This document shows, piece by piece, positions 25,390 through 36,636 of a DNA stretch of 64,000 bases. Source of the DNA: Herbaspirillum sp. GTDB lineage: Bacteria > Pseudomonadota > Gammaproteobacteria > Burkholderiales > Burkholderiaceae_D. Below the pieces are notes generated by a model. That model was not told the DNA's origin, did not search any database, and saw only the letters and a list, made by a program, of their open reading frames with translations. The stretch lies in contig JBAPMF010000004.1 of the NCBI GenBank assembly GCA_049278475.1, forward strand, positions 2,560-66,559, given 5' to 3'. Position 1 is the stretch's first letter. Each line of letters opens with the position of its first letter. The position numbers and the translations under genes were made by a program.

Positions 25390-26487
25390 ATGGATGTCCG
25401 CGAATTCTACGATCACGCGCTCAGGGAGCGCGGCTTTCAAGCCGATGAGGCGCAGCAGCGCGCAATCGATCGTCTGCAACACGCCTACGAAGAGTGGCTG
25501 GCGTTCAAGTCGCAGCGGTCAAACGCCTTCAAGCGCTTGATCAAGCGTCCCGATGTGCCGCGCGGCGTGTATATGTGGGGTGGCGTGGGACGCGGCAAGT
25601 CCTTTCTGATGGACAGTTTTTATTCGGTGCTTCCCCTGACGCGCAAGACACGCCTGCATTTCCACGAATTCATGCGCGGCGTGCATCGCCAGCTCAATGT
25701 ACTCAAGGGTATCGCCAATCCGCTGGATGAAGTGGCGCGCCGCGTCGCCGGGAAATACCGTCTGATCTGTTTCGACGAATTCCATGTCTCGGACATCGCC
25801 GATGCGATGATCTTGTATAACCTGCTCAAAGGCTTGTTCGATAATGGCGTGTCCTTTGTGATGACCTCGAATTACAGGCCGGATACTTTGTATCCCGATG
25901 GACTGCATCGCGAGCGCATGCTGCCGACGATACAATTGCTCAACGACAGACTCGATGTGATGCATATCGATGCCGGCACCGACTATCGCAGGCGCGCGCT
26001 GGAGCAGGTCGAGACTTACCTCACGCCGCTCGATGCCAAAACCGACCAGGCATTGCGCGATGCCTTTGCTGCTGTAGCCGAAACTGCGGATGAAGATCCT
26101 CGCCTGCATATCGAAGCGCGCGAAATCCGTGCCCAGCGCCGTGCCGGTACGACGATCTGGTTCGATTTTTCGAACTTGTGCGGCGGTCCGCGCTCACAGA
26201 ATGATTATCTGGAAATCGCCAGCCGCTTCCAGACGGTGATCCTGTCCGGGATTCCGCGCATGTCAGCGGCGATGTCTTCCGAAGCGCGCCGCTTCACCTG
26301 GCTCATCGACATATTTTACGATCACAAGATCAAGCTGATCATGTCAGCCGAAGTCGCGCCGGAAGAACTTTACACGGAGGGTCAACTGGCGCATGAATTC
26401 CATCGCACGGTTTCACGTATCATCGAAATGCAATCGCGCAAGTACATGGACGCCGGGCGTCGCCTGGTCGTCACCCAACTTACCTGA
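25390..26487 (+). CDS. zapE: AFG1-family ATPase ZapE
   Basis: 365 aa. Walker A GGVGRGKSFLMD and Walker B LICFDEFHVSDIADA. AFG1-like sequence throughout. Confidence 0.85.
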   Translation: MDVREFYDHALRERGFQADEAQQRAIDRLQHAYEEWLAFKSQRSNAFKRLIKRPDVPRGVYMWGGVGRGKSFLMDSFYSVLPLTRKTRLHFHEFMRGVHRQLNVLKGIANPLDEVARRVAGKYRLICFDEFHVSDIADAMILYNLLKGLFDNGVSFVMTSNYRPDTLYPDGLHRERMLPTIQLLNDRLDVMHIDAGTDYRRRALEQVETYLTPLDAKTDQALRDAFAAVAETADEDPRLHIEAREIRAQRRAGTTIWFDFSNLCGGPRSQNDYLEIASRFQTVILSGIPRMSAAMSSEARRFTWLIDIFYDHKIKLIMSAEVAPEELYTEGQLAHEFHRTVSRIIEMQSRKYMDAGRRLVVTQLT

Positions 26488-26503
26488 ATGAAATAAGGCT
26501 TAC

Positions 26504-27187
26504 ATGCAATCGTTTTCTGGAAAAACGTCCCACCTGCTAGCCATCTGCATCGTCTTGCCGGGGCTGTTGCCATTAACGGCGGCGGCGCAAGCCTATGGCA
26601 CACCGGACAAGCCGTCCTTCGATCAGCGCTATTCATCCGGTGCGGCCATGTCGGTCGAGGATGCCGACGCTATTCTGGCGGAAGCCGGCAAAGAGCGTGA
26701 GGTGATCAACGATCAACACATAGACGATCAGCGTGCCTGTTATCACAGGTTTTTTGCGTCCTCCTGCCTGGAAGACGCCAGGGAGCGCAATCGTATTGCG
26801 CTCAAGCAAGTACGCGAGGTGGAAGTTGCCGCGCGTGCCCGCAGGCGTCAAATCATGGCGGACGACCACGACAAGGCGCTGGCTGGGCAGCAAAAAGCAG
26901 CGAGCGAAACCAGGCAGCAGCGCCTTAGCGACAGGAGGCATCAGTCCGAAGGACAGGCCGGTTCGCGTGTGAAGGCGCATCAAGCACAGTTGCGCAGGAA
27001 GCAGGCTGATGAAGCTGCCCGAGCGCCCCAACACGCAGCCAATGAACAAGCTTATCAGAAAAAAATCCAGCAGGCGGAAGCGCGCCGCAAAAAAATTGAG
27101 GTCCGGAAGCAGAAAAAATGTATAAGCACGCTGCCCCAGCTCCTACGGCCGCAGCACAAAACAAATGAATCCAGCCTGAAATCGTGA
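26504..27187 (+). CDS. Secreted hypothetical protein with highly basic Arg/Gln/Lys/Ala-rich (coiled-coil-like) C-terminal half
   Basis: Signal-peptide-like LLAICIVLPGLLPLTAAAQA, a Cys pair CYHRFFASSC, then long runs such as RARRRQIMADD...QAQLRRKQADEAARA...QQAEARRKKIEVRKQKK. No recognisable family. Confidence 0.45.
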   Translation: MQSFSGKTSHLLAICIVLPGLLPLTAAAQAYGTPDKPSFDQRYSSGAAMSVEDADAILAEAGKEREVINDQHIDDQRACYHRFFASSCLEDARERNRIALKQVREVEVAARARRRQIMADDHDKALAGQQKAASETRQQRLSDRRHQSEGQAGSRVKAHQAQLRRKQADEAARAPQHAANEQAYQKKIQQAEARRKKIEVRKQKKCISTLPQLLRPQHKTNESSLKS

Positions 27188-27386
27188 GGACGTTGCAGCA
27201 GGCGACGACAAGGATTGTTGACCTGCTGCAGCTGGATTACACTGTCCGCAGTTTGCAACGGGACCATCAAAATGCAGTTGACGCCTGATATCCCGGCTTG
27301 ATCCCCTGTTCCTGATCTTCGCCGGACAGCTTTCCGGCAGGGTTTTCCATTCTTTTTCCGCTTCTCCTCTCTTTACAGGCTGACCA

Positions 27387-29411
27387 GTGAGTTCCATCGA
27401 AGATACCGCAGCATCCGTTCCATATGGTATCCATGATGCCGAGCTTGAGCAGCTTTTCGGAGTAGGCGGCCCCTTAGGCGAACAAGTCGGCAGTTATCGT
27501 CCGCGTCACTCCCAGACTGAAATGGCAAAAGCCATTGCTGACGCTATCGCCGGACAGCGCACCCTGATCGCCGAAGCCGGCACCGGCACCGGCAAAACTT
27601 TCGCCTATCTGGTACCAGCCTTGCTGTGGGGCGGCAAAGTGATCATCTCCACCGGCACCAAGAACCTGCAGGATCAGCTCTATCTGCGCGATATCCCGAT
27701 GGTGCGCAAGGCATTGAACGCACCGGTGCTGGTCGCCTTGCTCAAGGGGCGTTCCAACTACGTCTGCCATTTTCATCTCCAGCGCATGCTCCAGAACGGC
27801 AGCATGACTTCGCGTGATGATATCGGTCATTTGCGGAAAATCTCACGCTTCATGAAGACTACCTCATCCGGCGACAAGGCGGAATTGTCCATGGTTCCGG
27901 AGACTGCGCCGATCTGGAATCTGGTGACATCGACGCGCGATACCTGCTTCGGCGCCGAGTGCCAGTACTATCAGGATTGTTTCGTCATGAAGGCGCGCAA
28001 GGAAGCGCAACAGGCCGATGTGGTGGTAGTGAATCACCATCTGTTCTTCGCCGATGTCGCGCTGAAAGACACTGGCGTGGCCGAGTTGCTGCCGACTGCC
28101 AATACCGTGATTTTCGACGAAGCGCATCAATTACCTGAAACCGCGACCATGTTCTTCGGTGACACCGTATCGACCTCGCAAATACTGGAGTTGTGTCGCG
28201 ATGTGCTGGCCGAGGGTTTGTCACATGCACGTGATGGCGCCGACTGGGCCAGGGTGGTAGCGCCGGTCGATCGTGCCGCACGCGATCTGCGACTGGCGGT
28301 TCCGGAGGACATCGTGCGTCTGGCGCTCCAGCAGATCGCGCCGTCGAGCATGTTTTTTCCAGCGCTGGCAAGCTTGCGCGACAGCATGGACGACATGACT
28401 GCCGTGCTGGAGAAGCAGGCCGAGCGCACTGAGACCATCGAACAATGCCGCGCCCGCGCCATCGCCTTGTCGCAGCAGCTCCACAACTGGAACAGCGCGC
28501 AGGACAAGCCTAGCGGCGAAGATGATCAGACTGATGTGCTGTGGATCGAAGCCTTCACCTCGTCGTTGCGGCTGCATCGCACGCCGTTGTCGATCGCGCC
28601 GATTTTCAGCAAGCAGCGCGAAGGCGTGTCGCGCGCCTGGATTTTCACCTCGGCGACGCTGGCGGTGAAGAACGATTTTCATCACTATGCGTCCCAAATG
28701 GGCTTGTCGGACGAGCCGGCGCAATCCTGGCCGAGTCCGTTCAACTATGAGCAGCAGGGCTTGCTGTACGTGCCAAACAATCTGCCACCGCCGAATTCGT
28801 TCGACTATACCGATGCCGTGATCGATGCGGCGCTGCCGGCCATCATTGCCGCCGGCGGCCGCACCTTCCTGCTATGCACGACGATGCGCGCGGTCAATCG
28901 CGCAGCCGAGCGTCTGCGTGAAGAATTCGCGCAGCGTGACTTGCCTTTTCCGCTGATGGTGCAGGGCGAAGCCGGGCGTACTGAATTGCTCGACCGCTTC
29001 CGCGCGACCGGTAATGGCGTGCTGATCGGCAGCCAGAGTTTCTGGGAGGGCGTCGATGTGCGCGGTGATGCGCTGTCACTGGTGATCATCGACAAACTAC
29101 CTTTTTCACCGCCGGACGATCCGGTACTGGCGGCGCGGATCGCCGAACTGGAAAAGAAGGGATTGAGCGGTTTCGTGCATCATCAACTACCCTCAGCGAT
29201 CATCAACCTGAAGCAAGGCGCTGGCCGTCTAATTCGCGATGAGAACGATCGGGGCGTATTGATGATCTGCGACCCGCGCCTGATCTCCAGGGGATATGGC
29301 CGGCGTATCTGGCAAAGCCTACCGCCGTTCAAACGTACCCGAGAAATCGGCGCGGTGGAAAATTTCTTCGCCCCGCGCGTTGAGTGTGCGGTGACCCCCG
29401 GCGCATCCTGA
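27387..29411 (+). CDS. ATP-dependent DNA helicase, DinG/YoaA (XPD-like, Fe-S) family
   Basis: Walker A AEAGTGTGKTFAYLVPAL, DEAH box VIFDEAHQLPE, a Cys cluster (YVCH...TCFGAECQYYQDCF) and C-terminal helicase motifs SFWEGVD and GAGRLIR. GTG start as in the ORF track. Confidence 0.85.
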   Translation: MSSIEDTAASVPYGIHDAELEQLFGVGGPLGEQVGSYRPRHSQTEMAKAIADAIAGQRTLIAEAGTGTGKTFAYLVPALLWGGKVIISTGTKNLQDQLYLRDIPMVRKALNAPVLVALLKGRSNYVCHFHLQRMLQNGSMTSRDDIGHLRKISRFMKTTSSGDKAELSMVPETAPIWNLVTSTRDTCFGAECQYYQDCFVMKARKEAQQADVVVVNHHLFFADVALKDTGVAELLPTANTVIFDEAHQLPETATMFFGDTVSTSQILELCRDVLAEGLSHARDGADWARVVAPVDRAARDLRLAVPEDIVRLALQQIAPSSMFFPALASLRDSMDDMTAVLEKQAERTETIEQCRARAIALSQQLHNWNSAQDKPSGEDDQTDVLWIEAFTSSLRLHRTPLSIAPIFSKQREGVSRAWIFTSATLAVKNDFHHYASQMGLSDEPAQSWPSPFNYEQQGLLYVPNNLPPPNSFDYTDAVIDAALPAIIAAGGRTFLLCTTMRAVNRAAERLREEFAQRDLPFPLMVQGEAGRTELLDRFRATGNGVLIGSQSFWEGVDVRGDALSLVIIDKLPFSPPDDPVLAARIAELEKKGLSGFVHHQLPSAIINLKQGAGRLIRDENDRGVLMICDPRLISRGYGRRIWQSLPPFKRTREIGAVENFFAPRVECAVTPGAS

Positions 29412-29483
29412 ATACAGGAGAAACACAGCATCCTGCCCTATTTCTCTACGAATGCGGCGCAGGGCTTCGGGTAGAATGGCGGG

Positions 29484-30221
29484 ATGAATATTCTCATCAG
29501 TAATGACGATGGCTATCTTGCTCCAGGCATCATTGCGCTGGCTGACGCCTTATCCGCCATTGCCGACATTACGGTAGTCGCGCCGGACAGCAACCGATCG
29601 TGCAGTTCTAATTCACTGACGCTGGATCGTCCGCTATGGGTGGAACGCGCCGCTAACGGTTTCTATTACATCAACGGCACACCGTCCGATTGCGTGCATG
29701 TCGCCTTGACAGGATTGCTGCCGGTGCGCCCTGATTTGATCGTCTCCGGCATCAACCAGGGCCAGAACATGGGCGACGATACGCTGTATTCCGGCACCGT
29801 GGCGGCAGCGACCGAAGGTTTTCTGCTCGGCATTCCAGCGATTGCCTTCTCACAATTGCATAAGGATTGGGAGCACCTCGACAGCGCCGCGCGCATGGCG
29901 CGTGAGATCGTCGAGCGCCAGTTTACGACGCTTTCCAAACCGTATCTGCTCAATGTCAACATCCCCAACCTGCCGTATGCTGCGTTGAAGTCCTGCGTGG
30001 CAACACGGCTGGGCAAACGCCATGCCGCGGAGCCGGTCCACAAGATGCGTGATCCGCATGGCAAGGACATGTACTGGATCGGTCCGCCCGGTGCAGTCAA
30101 GGATGCCGGCGAAGGTACCGATTTTCATGCGACTGCGCAGGGGCATGTATCGATTACGCCATTACAGATCGATCTGACGCATGCCGCCCAACTCGCCAAC
30201 CTGAGGAAAGCATTGGCATGA
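29484..30221 (+). CDS. surE: 5'/3'-nucleotidase SurE
   Basis: [16 protein letters not shown] and [21 protein letters not shown] are canonical SurE. It overlaps pcm by 4 nt (ATGA). Confidence 0.95.
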   Translation: MNILISNDDGYLAPGIIALADALSAIADITVVAPDSNRSCSSNSLTLDRPLWVERAANGFYYINGTPSDCVHVALTGLLPVRPDLIVSGINQGQNMGDDTLYSGTVAAATEGFLLGIPAIAFSQLHKDWEHLDSAARMAREIVERQFTTLSKPYLLNVNIPNLPYAALKSCVATRLGKRHAAEPVHKMRDPHGKDMYWIGPPGAVKDAGEGTDFHATAQGHVSITPLQIDLTHAAQLANLRKALA

Positions 30222-31084
30222 CCGGAAAACCGAGCCGTTTCCCGCTATCGCTATCTTCTGTCATGGAGAAAAAAAATCAATTCCCGCCAGCTGCTTCGAG
30301 CCGTTCCGCGGCACCGTTCACGGCGCCGGCGCGCACGGTCGTGACACCGCAGACGGCAACCAGAAACGCTGCCCGGGATGCGGGCGATCAGACCGCCACG
30401 CGCAGCGCCTGGCCAACGCCGCATGACAGCCAACAGGCGTCTCTGGTATCTGACGCTGTGCGTAAAGCCATGGTAGTGCGCACGGCCAGGCAGGGCGTCA
30501 GCGATGCCAAAGTTCTAGCCGCCATGGAAGCGATACCGCGCCATATATTCGTGGAGCCGGCGCTGGCCAGCCAGGCTTACATCGACGCATCATTGCCGAT
30601 CGGATACCACCAGACCATTTCGCAGCCTTATATCGTGGCCCGCATGATAGAAATCATGCTCGACAACAAGAAGGGTAAAGCGCTTGACCGCGTGCTGGAA
30701 ATCGGCACCGGTTGCGGTTATCAGGCTGCCGTTTTATCGCTGGTGGCGAAGGAAGTCTATTCGATCGAACGCATCAAACCTTTGCATGAACTGGCCAAAA
30801 CCAATTTGCGGCCGCTGCGTATTGCCAATATCCGTTTGCACTACGGAGATGGTATGCTAGGTCTACCGCAGGTTGCTCCGTTCGACGGTATCATTCTCGC
30901 TGCCGCGGGACTGGAAGTTCCGCAGGCTTTGCTCGAACAGATGGCGATCGGCGGGCGTCTGGTAGCGCCAATCGGGGAACGTCAGCAAATGCTGACGTCG
31001 ATTGAGCGTACCGGCAAATTTGAGTGGACCAGCGAAACGCTGGAAGAATGTCATTTTGTGCTGTTGTGCCCCGGTACCCTGTAA
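30218..31084 (+). CDS. pcm: Protein-L-isoaspartate O-methyltransferase with ~75-aa low-complexity N-terminal extension
   Basis: Core PRHIFVEP...[10 protein letters not shown]...[15 protein letters not shown]...LVAPIG. The N-terminal 75 aa are Ala/Thr/Pro/Ser/Arg-rich. Confidence 0.9.
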   Translation: MTGKPSRFPLSLSSVMEKKNQFPPAASSRSAAPFTAPARTVVTPQTATRNAARDAGDQTATRSAWPTPHDSQQASLVSDAVRKAMVVRTARQGVSDAKVLAAMEAIPRHIFVEPALASQAYIDASLPIGYHQTISQPYIVARMIEIMLDNKKGKALDRVLEIGTGCGYQAAVLSLVAKEVYSIERIKPLHELAKTNLRPLRIANIRLHYGDGMLGLPQVAPFDGIILAAAGLEVPQALLEQMAIGGRLVAPIGERQQMLTSIERTGKFEWTSETLEECHFVLLCPGTL

Positions 31085-31241
31085 GAACGACTCCCGACGA
31101 GATCGGGAACTCATTCTAACGCCCGGACAAGCAGCACGGATCATGGCAACAGAACGAATATCCAGGCTTTGCCTGTCACGATGAACTTCTCGCACGATGC
31201 GGAGGACCGACATCATTGTCGTAGAAACGAATGTAATGAGC

Positions 31242-32147
31242 ATGAAAAAGAATCGTTTGGTCTGCCTGGGAGTGGCTATCAGTCTGCTTGCAGCGTGTTC
31301 GACGACACTGCATACCACGGCTCCCGTAGTGAAACGCACGACGGATTCTTCCAAACCCGCTATCGATGCGACCAGATCCGCGACTGCTGCTGCTGCGCGT
31401 GCTGAGCGAAAAGGTTTTTACACGGTAAGAAAAGGCGATACGCTGTATCGTATCGCGCTGGAGTCAGGGCAAAGTTATCGCGATATCGTAGCCTGGAACA
31501 AGCTGACCAATCCCGACGATATCAAGGTGGATCAGGTGCTGCGCGTGACACCGCCTGACGGCGTGCAAACCGGTGCGGTGGCGCTGGCCGCATCCGGTAT
31601 CGAAATCCGTCTGCTGGATGCTCCGCCAGCCACGAGCAACACGGCCGGCAATAACAAGACCGGTCCACGCGGCGACAAGCGCGCCTATTCGGATAACGCG
31701 CTGGCTGAGCTGGCAAAGCCGGATGCTGCATCAACCAGTACACCGATGCCGGCCGACGAATCTGCTGTGGTCGGCGAGGACGAAGCAGTATCGTGGATGT
31801 GGCCGGCCGATGGCAAGGTGGTCAGCGCCTTTGGCAGCGGTAAAAGAGGCATCGATATTGCCGGCAAAAGCGGACAGCCGGTGCTGGCAGCGGCTGCCGG
31901 CAAGGTCATGTATGCCGGCAGCGGCATCCGTGGTTATGGCAATCTGGTGATCGTCAAACATACGAACAATCTCTTGTCGGCCTACGCGCACAACGAGACC
32001 ATACTGGTAAAGGAAGGACAGCTTGTCGCCAGGGGACAGAAGATTGCCGGGATGGGGAATTCGGATAGTGACAGCGTCAAATTACATTTCGAAATCCGTC
32101 AGCAAGGCAAACCTATCGATCCGTCGAAATATCTACCATCACGTTAG
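31242..32147 (+). CDS. nlpD: LysM/M23 peptidase lipoprotein NlpD
   Basis: ATG 31242 gives MKKNRLVCLGVAISLLAAC (lipobox). LysM YTVRKGDTLYRIALESGQSYRDIVAWNKL and M23 domain GIDIAGKSGQPVLAAAAGKVMYAG...LLSAYAHN. It lies between pcm and rpoS as in other proteobacteria. Confidence 0.85.
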   Translation: MKKNRLVCLGVAISLLAACSTTLHTTAPVVKRTTDSSKPAIDATRSATAAAARAERKGFYTVRKGDTLYRIALESGQSYRDIVAWNKLTNPDDIKVDQVLRVTPPDGVQTGAVALAASGIEIRLLDAPPATSNTAGNNKTGPRGDKRAYSDNALAELAKPDAASTSTPMPADESAVVGEDEAVSWMWPADGKVVSAFGSGKRGIDIAGKSGQPVLAAAAGKVMYAGSGIRGYGNLVIVKHTNNLLSAYAHNETILVKEGQLVARGQKIAGMGNSDSDSVKLHFEIRQQGKPIDPSKYLPSR

Positions 32148-32150
32148 TGT

Positions 32151-33134
32151 ATGCGCCCACACCCTCACGATCGCCAGCCAGACGATGAGTCCCGTTCAGA
32201 TGACCCAGTCGAGCCACTAGATGCTGCCGACGACCGGGAAGTAATGAAGCCTGCCGATGGTGGGGACAAAGGCACGAAGCGCCTGAAAAAATCCCGTGCT
32301 GCCGAACTCTCCACCGACATCACCCAGCATTATCTCCATCAGATCGGCATGCGGCCACTGCTGACAGCCGCAGAAGAACTATACTTCGCAACGCTAGCCA
32401 GACAGGGTGATTTTACCTCGCGTCAAAAAATGATCGAACACAACCTACGTCTGGTCGTGTCGATTGCCAAGTTTTACATCAACCGGGGTGTGGCTTTGCT
32501 GGACTTGATCGAGGAGGGCAATCTCGGCCTTATGCGTGCCATCGACAAGTTTGAGCCCGAGCGCGGCTTCCGTTTCTCCACCTACGCTACCTGGTGGATA
32601 CGTCAAAGCATCGAGCGCGCCATCATGAACCAGGCGCGCACAGTGCGTTTGCCAGTATACATGTTACGTGAACTGAACCAAATTCTGCGCGCCAAATACC
32701 ATCTGGAAGCGCATGGCTGTGACGCCACGATGGAAGACATCGCACATCTGGTGAACCGGCCACTCGAAGATGTGCAGGACGTGTTGATGTTGTCAGAACA
32801 TGCCGCTTCGCTTGACACACCGCTCGACAACGATCCGCAGTCCAGTCTGATTGACCTGTTGGCCTGCCCGCAGGATGGCAGTCCCGACACACAGGCCGAA
32901 TGTCATGAGATGTCCATACTCGTTCGCGACTGGCTGAAAAACCTGTCGGACAAGCAGAAAACCGTCATCACGCGCCGCTTCGGTCTCGACAACGACGATC
33001 CTTCCACGCTGGGGCAGCTGGCTGCCGAGATGGGCATCACCCACGAACGTGTGCGTCAGATCCAGCAAGAAGCACTGATCAAGCTGAAACGCATGCTGGC
33101 CGCGCGCGGCGTCAGGAAGGACGCGTTGTTTTAG
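32151..33134 (+). CDS. rpoS: RNA polymerase sigma factor RpoS (sigma-38)
   Basis: Region 2 [61 protein letters not shown] and region 4 [23 protein letters not shown]. Conserved surE-pcm-nlpD-rpoS synteny. Confidence 0.9.
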   Translation: MRPHPHDRQPDDESRSDDPVEPLDAADDREVMKPADGGDKGTKRLKKSRAAELSTDITQHYLHQIGMRPLLTAAEELYFATLARQGDFTSRQKMIEHNLRLVVSIAKFYINRGVALLDLIEEGNLGLMRAIDKFEPERGFRFSTYATWWIRQSIERAIMNQARTVRLPVYMLRELNQILRAKYHLEAHGCDATMEDIAHLVNRPLEDVQDVLMLSEHAASLDTPLDNDPQSSLIDLLACPQDGSPDTQAECHEMSILVRDWLKNLSDKQKTVITRRFGLDNDDPSTLGQLAAEMGITHERVRQIQQEALIKLKRMLAARGVRKDALF

Positions 33135-33204
33135 ATCCCTGGATCACCGACAATAGCGGTTTTGATTTTTCCGGCCGCGACAGCGGTCGCCTGTATTCGT
33201 TTCC

Positions 33205-34563
33205 ATGCAGCAAACCATTATCGATATCAACGCCCTGGACATGGATGGGCGCGGCGTCGGTCATCTAACAAATGAAGATGGCAGTCAGGGCAAGGTCGTG
33301 TTCGTCGAAGGCGCATTGCCGGGCGAGCAGGTCAGTTTCCATTCCTATCGCAAGAAACCGAAGTGGGAGGCCGCCACGATGACGGCCTTGCATCGCGAAT
33401 CATCGTTACGCGTCAAGCCCAGATGCAGCTACTTCGGTATTTGCGGCGGCTGCGCCATGCAGCACCTGGAGCCATCGGCCCAAGTCGCCATGAAGCAGCG
33501 CGTGCTGGAAGATAGCCTTTGGCATCTCAGCAAGCTCAAGACAGAATCCGTGCTGCGTCCGATTTACGGTCCGACCTGGGGCTATCGCCAGCGTGCGCGG
33601 ATTTCAGTCAGGAATGTCATCAAAAAAGGCGGGGTGCTGGTCGGTTTCCACGAAAAAAGATCATCTTTCGTCAGCGATATGAAGACCTGCGAAATCCTGC
33701 CACCGCATGTTTCGGCCATGCTGGTTCCGCTACGCCGGTTGATCGGTTCACTGTCGATCATCGATCACGTGCCGCAAATCGAACTGGCAATCGGCGAAGA
33801 TGATGACGGCAAAAAAAATACAGTGATGGTGTTGCGCGTCATGGAAACGCTGAGCGCCGAAGATGAGACTAGACTCAAGGTTTTTGCTGATGCGCATGAG
33901 GTCGAATGGTGGCTGCAACCAAAAGGGCCTGATACGGCCTACCCCTACTACCCGCCACAATCGAGCTTGCGCTACACGCTGCCGGAGTTCGGTATTGACA
34001 TACCGTTCAAGCCGACCGATTTCACACAGGTGAATCACCAGATCAATCGTGTGCTGGTGGCGCAGGTATTGCGCTTGCTGGATGCGCAACCGGACGACCG
34101 CGTGGCCGACCTGTTCTGTGGCCTTGGCAATTTCACCTTGCCCATCGCCACGATGGCGAAAGAAGTCGTCGGCATCGAAGGCAGCGCGGCCTTGACCGAA
34201 CGCGCGGCAGAAAACGCCAGGATCAACAAGCTTGCCGACAAAACTTCGTTTTATTGCCGTAATCTATTCGCGGCGACGACGGCAGATTTCATCGCATCAG
34301 GCAAGTTCGACCGCATGCTGATCGATCCGCCGCGTGAAGGTGCGCTGGAGGTCTGCAAAGCGATTACCGGTCTTGGCGAGCAATACCCGCATTTGAAACC
34401 CAGGCGTATCGTCTATGTGTCATGTAATCCGGCGACGCTGGCGCGTGACGCTGGCGTGCTGGTGAATCTGGGTGGCTACCGCCTGAAGCAGGCGGGCGTG
34501 ATCAATATGTTCCCGCATACAGCGCATGTAGAGTCGATAGCGCTGTTTGACTTCGATGCGTAA
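33205..34563 (+). CDS. rlmD: 23S rRNA (uracil-C5)-methyltransferase RlmD (RumA family)
   Basis: TRAM-like N-terminus, Fe-S Cys motif CSYFGICGGCAMQHL, SAM motif DLFCGLGNFTLP, DPPREGA, and catalytic Cys in YVSCNPATLARD. Confidence 0.85.
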   Translation: MQQTIIDINALDMDGRGVGHLTNEDGSQGKVVFVEGALPGEQVSFHSYRKKPKWEAATMTALHRESSLRVKPRCSYFGICGGCAMQHLEPSAQVAMKQRVLEDSLWHLSKLKTESVLRPIYGPTWGYRQRARISVRNVIKKGGVLVGFHEKRSSFVSDMKTCEILPPHVSAMLVPLRRLIGSLSIIDHVPQIELAIGEDDDGKKNTVMVLRVMETLSAEDETRLKVFADAHEVEWWLQPKGPDTAYPYYPPQSSLRYTLPEFGIDIPFKPTDFTQVNHQINRVLVAQVLRLLDAQPDDRVADLFCGLGNFTLPIATMAKEVVGIEGSAALTERAAENARINKLADKTSFYCRNLFAATTADFIASGKFDRMLIDPPREGALEVCKAITGLGEQYPHLKPRRIVYVSCNPATLARDAGVLVNLGGYRLKQAGVINMFPHTAHVESIALFDFDA

Positions 34564-34584
34564 GGCGTGTCTATAGACCACGCC
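34564..34584 (+). terminator. Hairpin immediately after rlmD stop (possible terminator; no clear T-tract)
   Basis: GGCGTGTCTA / TAGACCACGCC forms a near-perfect inverted repeat with one bulged C. Confidence 0.3.
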
Positions 34585-34649
34585 TGGAATTTGCTATACC
34601 TCCTTTCTCGATTTTACGAAACGTTGGCATACACTTTTTTCAGCCGAAC

Positions 34650-35819
34650 TCACTTGCGGTGAATGTCGTGTGTGACGAAACCCGAGTCGTTCTCAGGCGG
34701 CGCGAGGCCATTCTTGACCGTGAGCATCTTGCGGATGTCTGCGAGGCCGGAGGCCCAATGGCCCCGCATCGTCGACAAACCGAACTGGTAGTCCTTGTAG
34801 TGCTGGTTGCAGGCATTTTCCTCATAGATCAGGTGCTGCACGTTGTACATCTTGCTACACGCCAGTTTCTCGGCCGCAATGCACCACGGGTCGGACTTGC
34901 GCCGTGCAGCCGGAATCTGCTCGAGCAGGTGGTGCAAGGTATTGCGGTAGCGCTGCTCGCGCTGCATCGTGTCGGTTATGAAACGCGTGCGGCTCGAGTA
35001 CTGGATGTCCTTCTGGCGCTCCGCGACATCGGCCATCGAATGCGGCAACGGCCCGCGCATGTGCCACAGATCGACCTGGAACGTGAGCGTGTCCCGGCGC
35101 GGCTGCGCGCCCAGCACTTCCAGCAGCGGCACGTTCGACACAACACCGCCGTCCCAATAATACTCGCCATCGATCTCGACCGGCGCAAACGCGGGCGGCA
35201 GTGCACCGGACGCCATGAAATGCTCGGGCCTGAGCTTCATGCGCGTGTTGTCGAAGTAGATGAAATTGCCGCTACCGACGTTGACCGCGCCGACCGACAC
35301 GCGTATCCCGCCCGTATTGATCCGATCGAAGTCACAGAACTCGAGCAGCGTGGCGCGCAGCGGCGACGTATCGTACCAGCTGACCTGTTCCGGACGTTCG
35401 CAGACGCCGGACATGGACGGCGGCGGAAAGCGCGGCACGAAGAACCCCCGTTGCCCCTGCATCACCGCGCTCATGGCCTGCGATGCGGTGAAAACCGCAC
35501 GGATCTGGTCGGTGCTGTTGAACAGCGCAGTCTCGAACAACACCGGGAACAGCGCCGGCTGGCAAATCCGCTCCCAGAACGCGCGCAGTTGCTCGACGCG
35601 GCGCTCCGGCGCGTTGCCGGCGATCAGCGCGGTATTGAGCGCGCCGATCGAAATGCCCGCGATCCAGTTCAGCGGAATGCGTGCCTCGTGCAGCCCTTCG
35701 AACACACCGGCCTGGTAGGAGCCGAGCGCGCCGCCGCCCTGCAGCACCAAGGCGATCGTTTCGTAGGGCAATGCAGCCGGATCGAAGGTCGGGGTATCGC
35801 TACCCTTGCGCCGCTTCAT
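34650..35819 (-). CDS. Patatin-like phospholipase/esterase family protein
   Basis: Oxyanion motif [14 protein letters not shown], nucleophile elbow GISIGALN (GxSxG) and catalytic Asp in [11 protein letters not shown]. Its start overlaps the bdhA stop by 4 nt. Confidence 0.8.
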   Translation of the reverse strand: MKRRKGSDTPTFDPAALPYETIALVLQGGGALGSYQAGVFEGLHEARIPLNWIAGISIGALNTALIAGNAPERRVEQLRAFWERICQPALFPVLFETALFNSTDQIRAVFTASQAMSAVMQGQRGFFVPRFPPPSMSGVCERPEQVSWYDTSPLRATLLEFCDFDRINTGGIRVSVGAVNVGSGNFIYFDNTRMKLRPEHFMASGALPPAFAPVEIDGEYYWDGGVVSNVPLLEVLGAQPRRDTLTFQVDLWHMRGPLPHSMADVAERQKDIQYSSRTRFITDTMQREQRYRNTLHHLLEQIPAARRKSDPWCIAAEKLACSKMYNVQHLIYEENACNQHYKDYQFGLSTMRGHWASGLADIRKMLTVKNGLAPPENDSGFVTHDIHRK

Positions 35820-36601
35820 TGCATATACCAGCCGTGGCTGACGATGAACGACTGGCCGGTCAGCGCGGCGCTCGGAAACGAAGCCAAAAACACCGCCGTC
35901 TGCGCGACATCCTGCACGGTCGTGAACACGCCGTCGACCGTATTGCCGAGCATCACCTTCCTGATCACTTCCTCTTCGCTGAGGCCGAGTTCCTTCGCCT
36001 GCTCCGGGATCTGCTTGTCGACCAGCGGCGTGCGCACGAAGCCCGGGCAGATGACATGCGCGCGCACATTGTGCTTGGCGCCCTCCTTAGCGAGCACGCG
36101 CGCCAGACCCAGCAAAGCATGCTTGGCAGCCACATAGGCCGATTTCAGCGGCGACGCCTCATGCGAATGCACCGAACCCATGTAGATCACGACACCGCCG
36201 CACTCGTTCTTGTACATGTGCTTGAGCGCGGCCTTGGTCGTCAGAAACGCGCCGTCGACATGGATAGCCTGCATCTTCTTCCAATCAGAGAACGAGTAGT
36301 TCTCGATCGGATTGACGATCTGTATCCCCGCGTTCGACACCAGGATGTCGACCGAACCGAAGGCCGCAGCGATCTGGTCAATGCCGGCATTGACTGCGTC
36401 TTCGCTGGTCACATCCATCGCAACGCCCATAGCCTTGCCACCTACTTGCTTGATCTGGTGAGCGACGGCATTCGCGCCGTCCGGGTTCAGGTCGGCGATG
36501 GCGACCGCCGCGCCGGCCTTGGCGAATTCGAGTGCGATTTCCCTGCCGATACCGCTCGCGGCGCCGGTGACAACTGCGGTTTTGCCAGTCAGATTGCTCA
36601 T
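35816..36601 (-). CDS. bdhA: 3-hydroxybutyrate dehydrogenase (SDR family)
   Basis: TGAASGIG cofactor motif and [10 protein letters not shown] catalytic Tyr-x3-Lys. The C-terminal block [49 protein letters not shown]...SHGWYMQ is typical of BdhA. It is adjacent to adc. Confidence 0.8.
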   Translation of the reverse strand: MSNLTGKTAVVTGAASGIGREIALEFAKAGAAVAIADLNPDGANAVAHQIKQVGGKAMGVAMDVTSEDAVNAGIDQIAAAFGSVDILVSNAGIQIVNPIENYSFSDWKKMQAIHVDGAFLTTKAALKHMYKNECGGVVIYMGSVHSHEASPLKSAYVAAKHALLGLARVLAKEGAKHNVRAHVICPGFVRTPLVDKQIPEQAKELGLSEEEVIRKVMLGNTVDGVFTTVQDVAQTAVFLASFPSAALTGQSFIVSHGWYMQ

Positions 36602-36636
36602 GATCGGTTTTCCTTTGTGCGTGAAAATAAAGTGGC

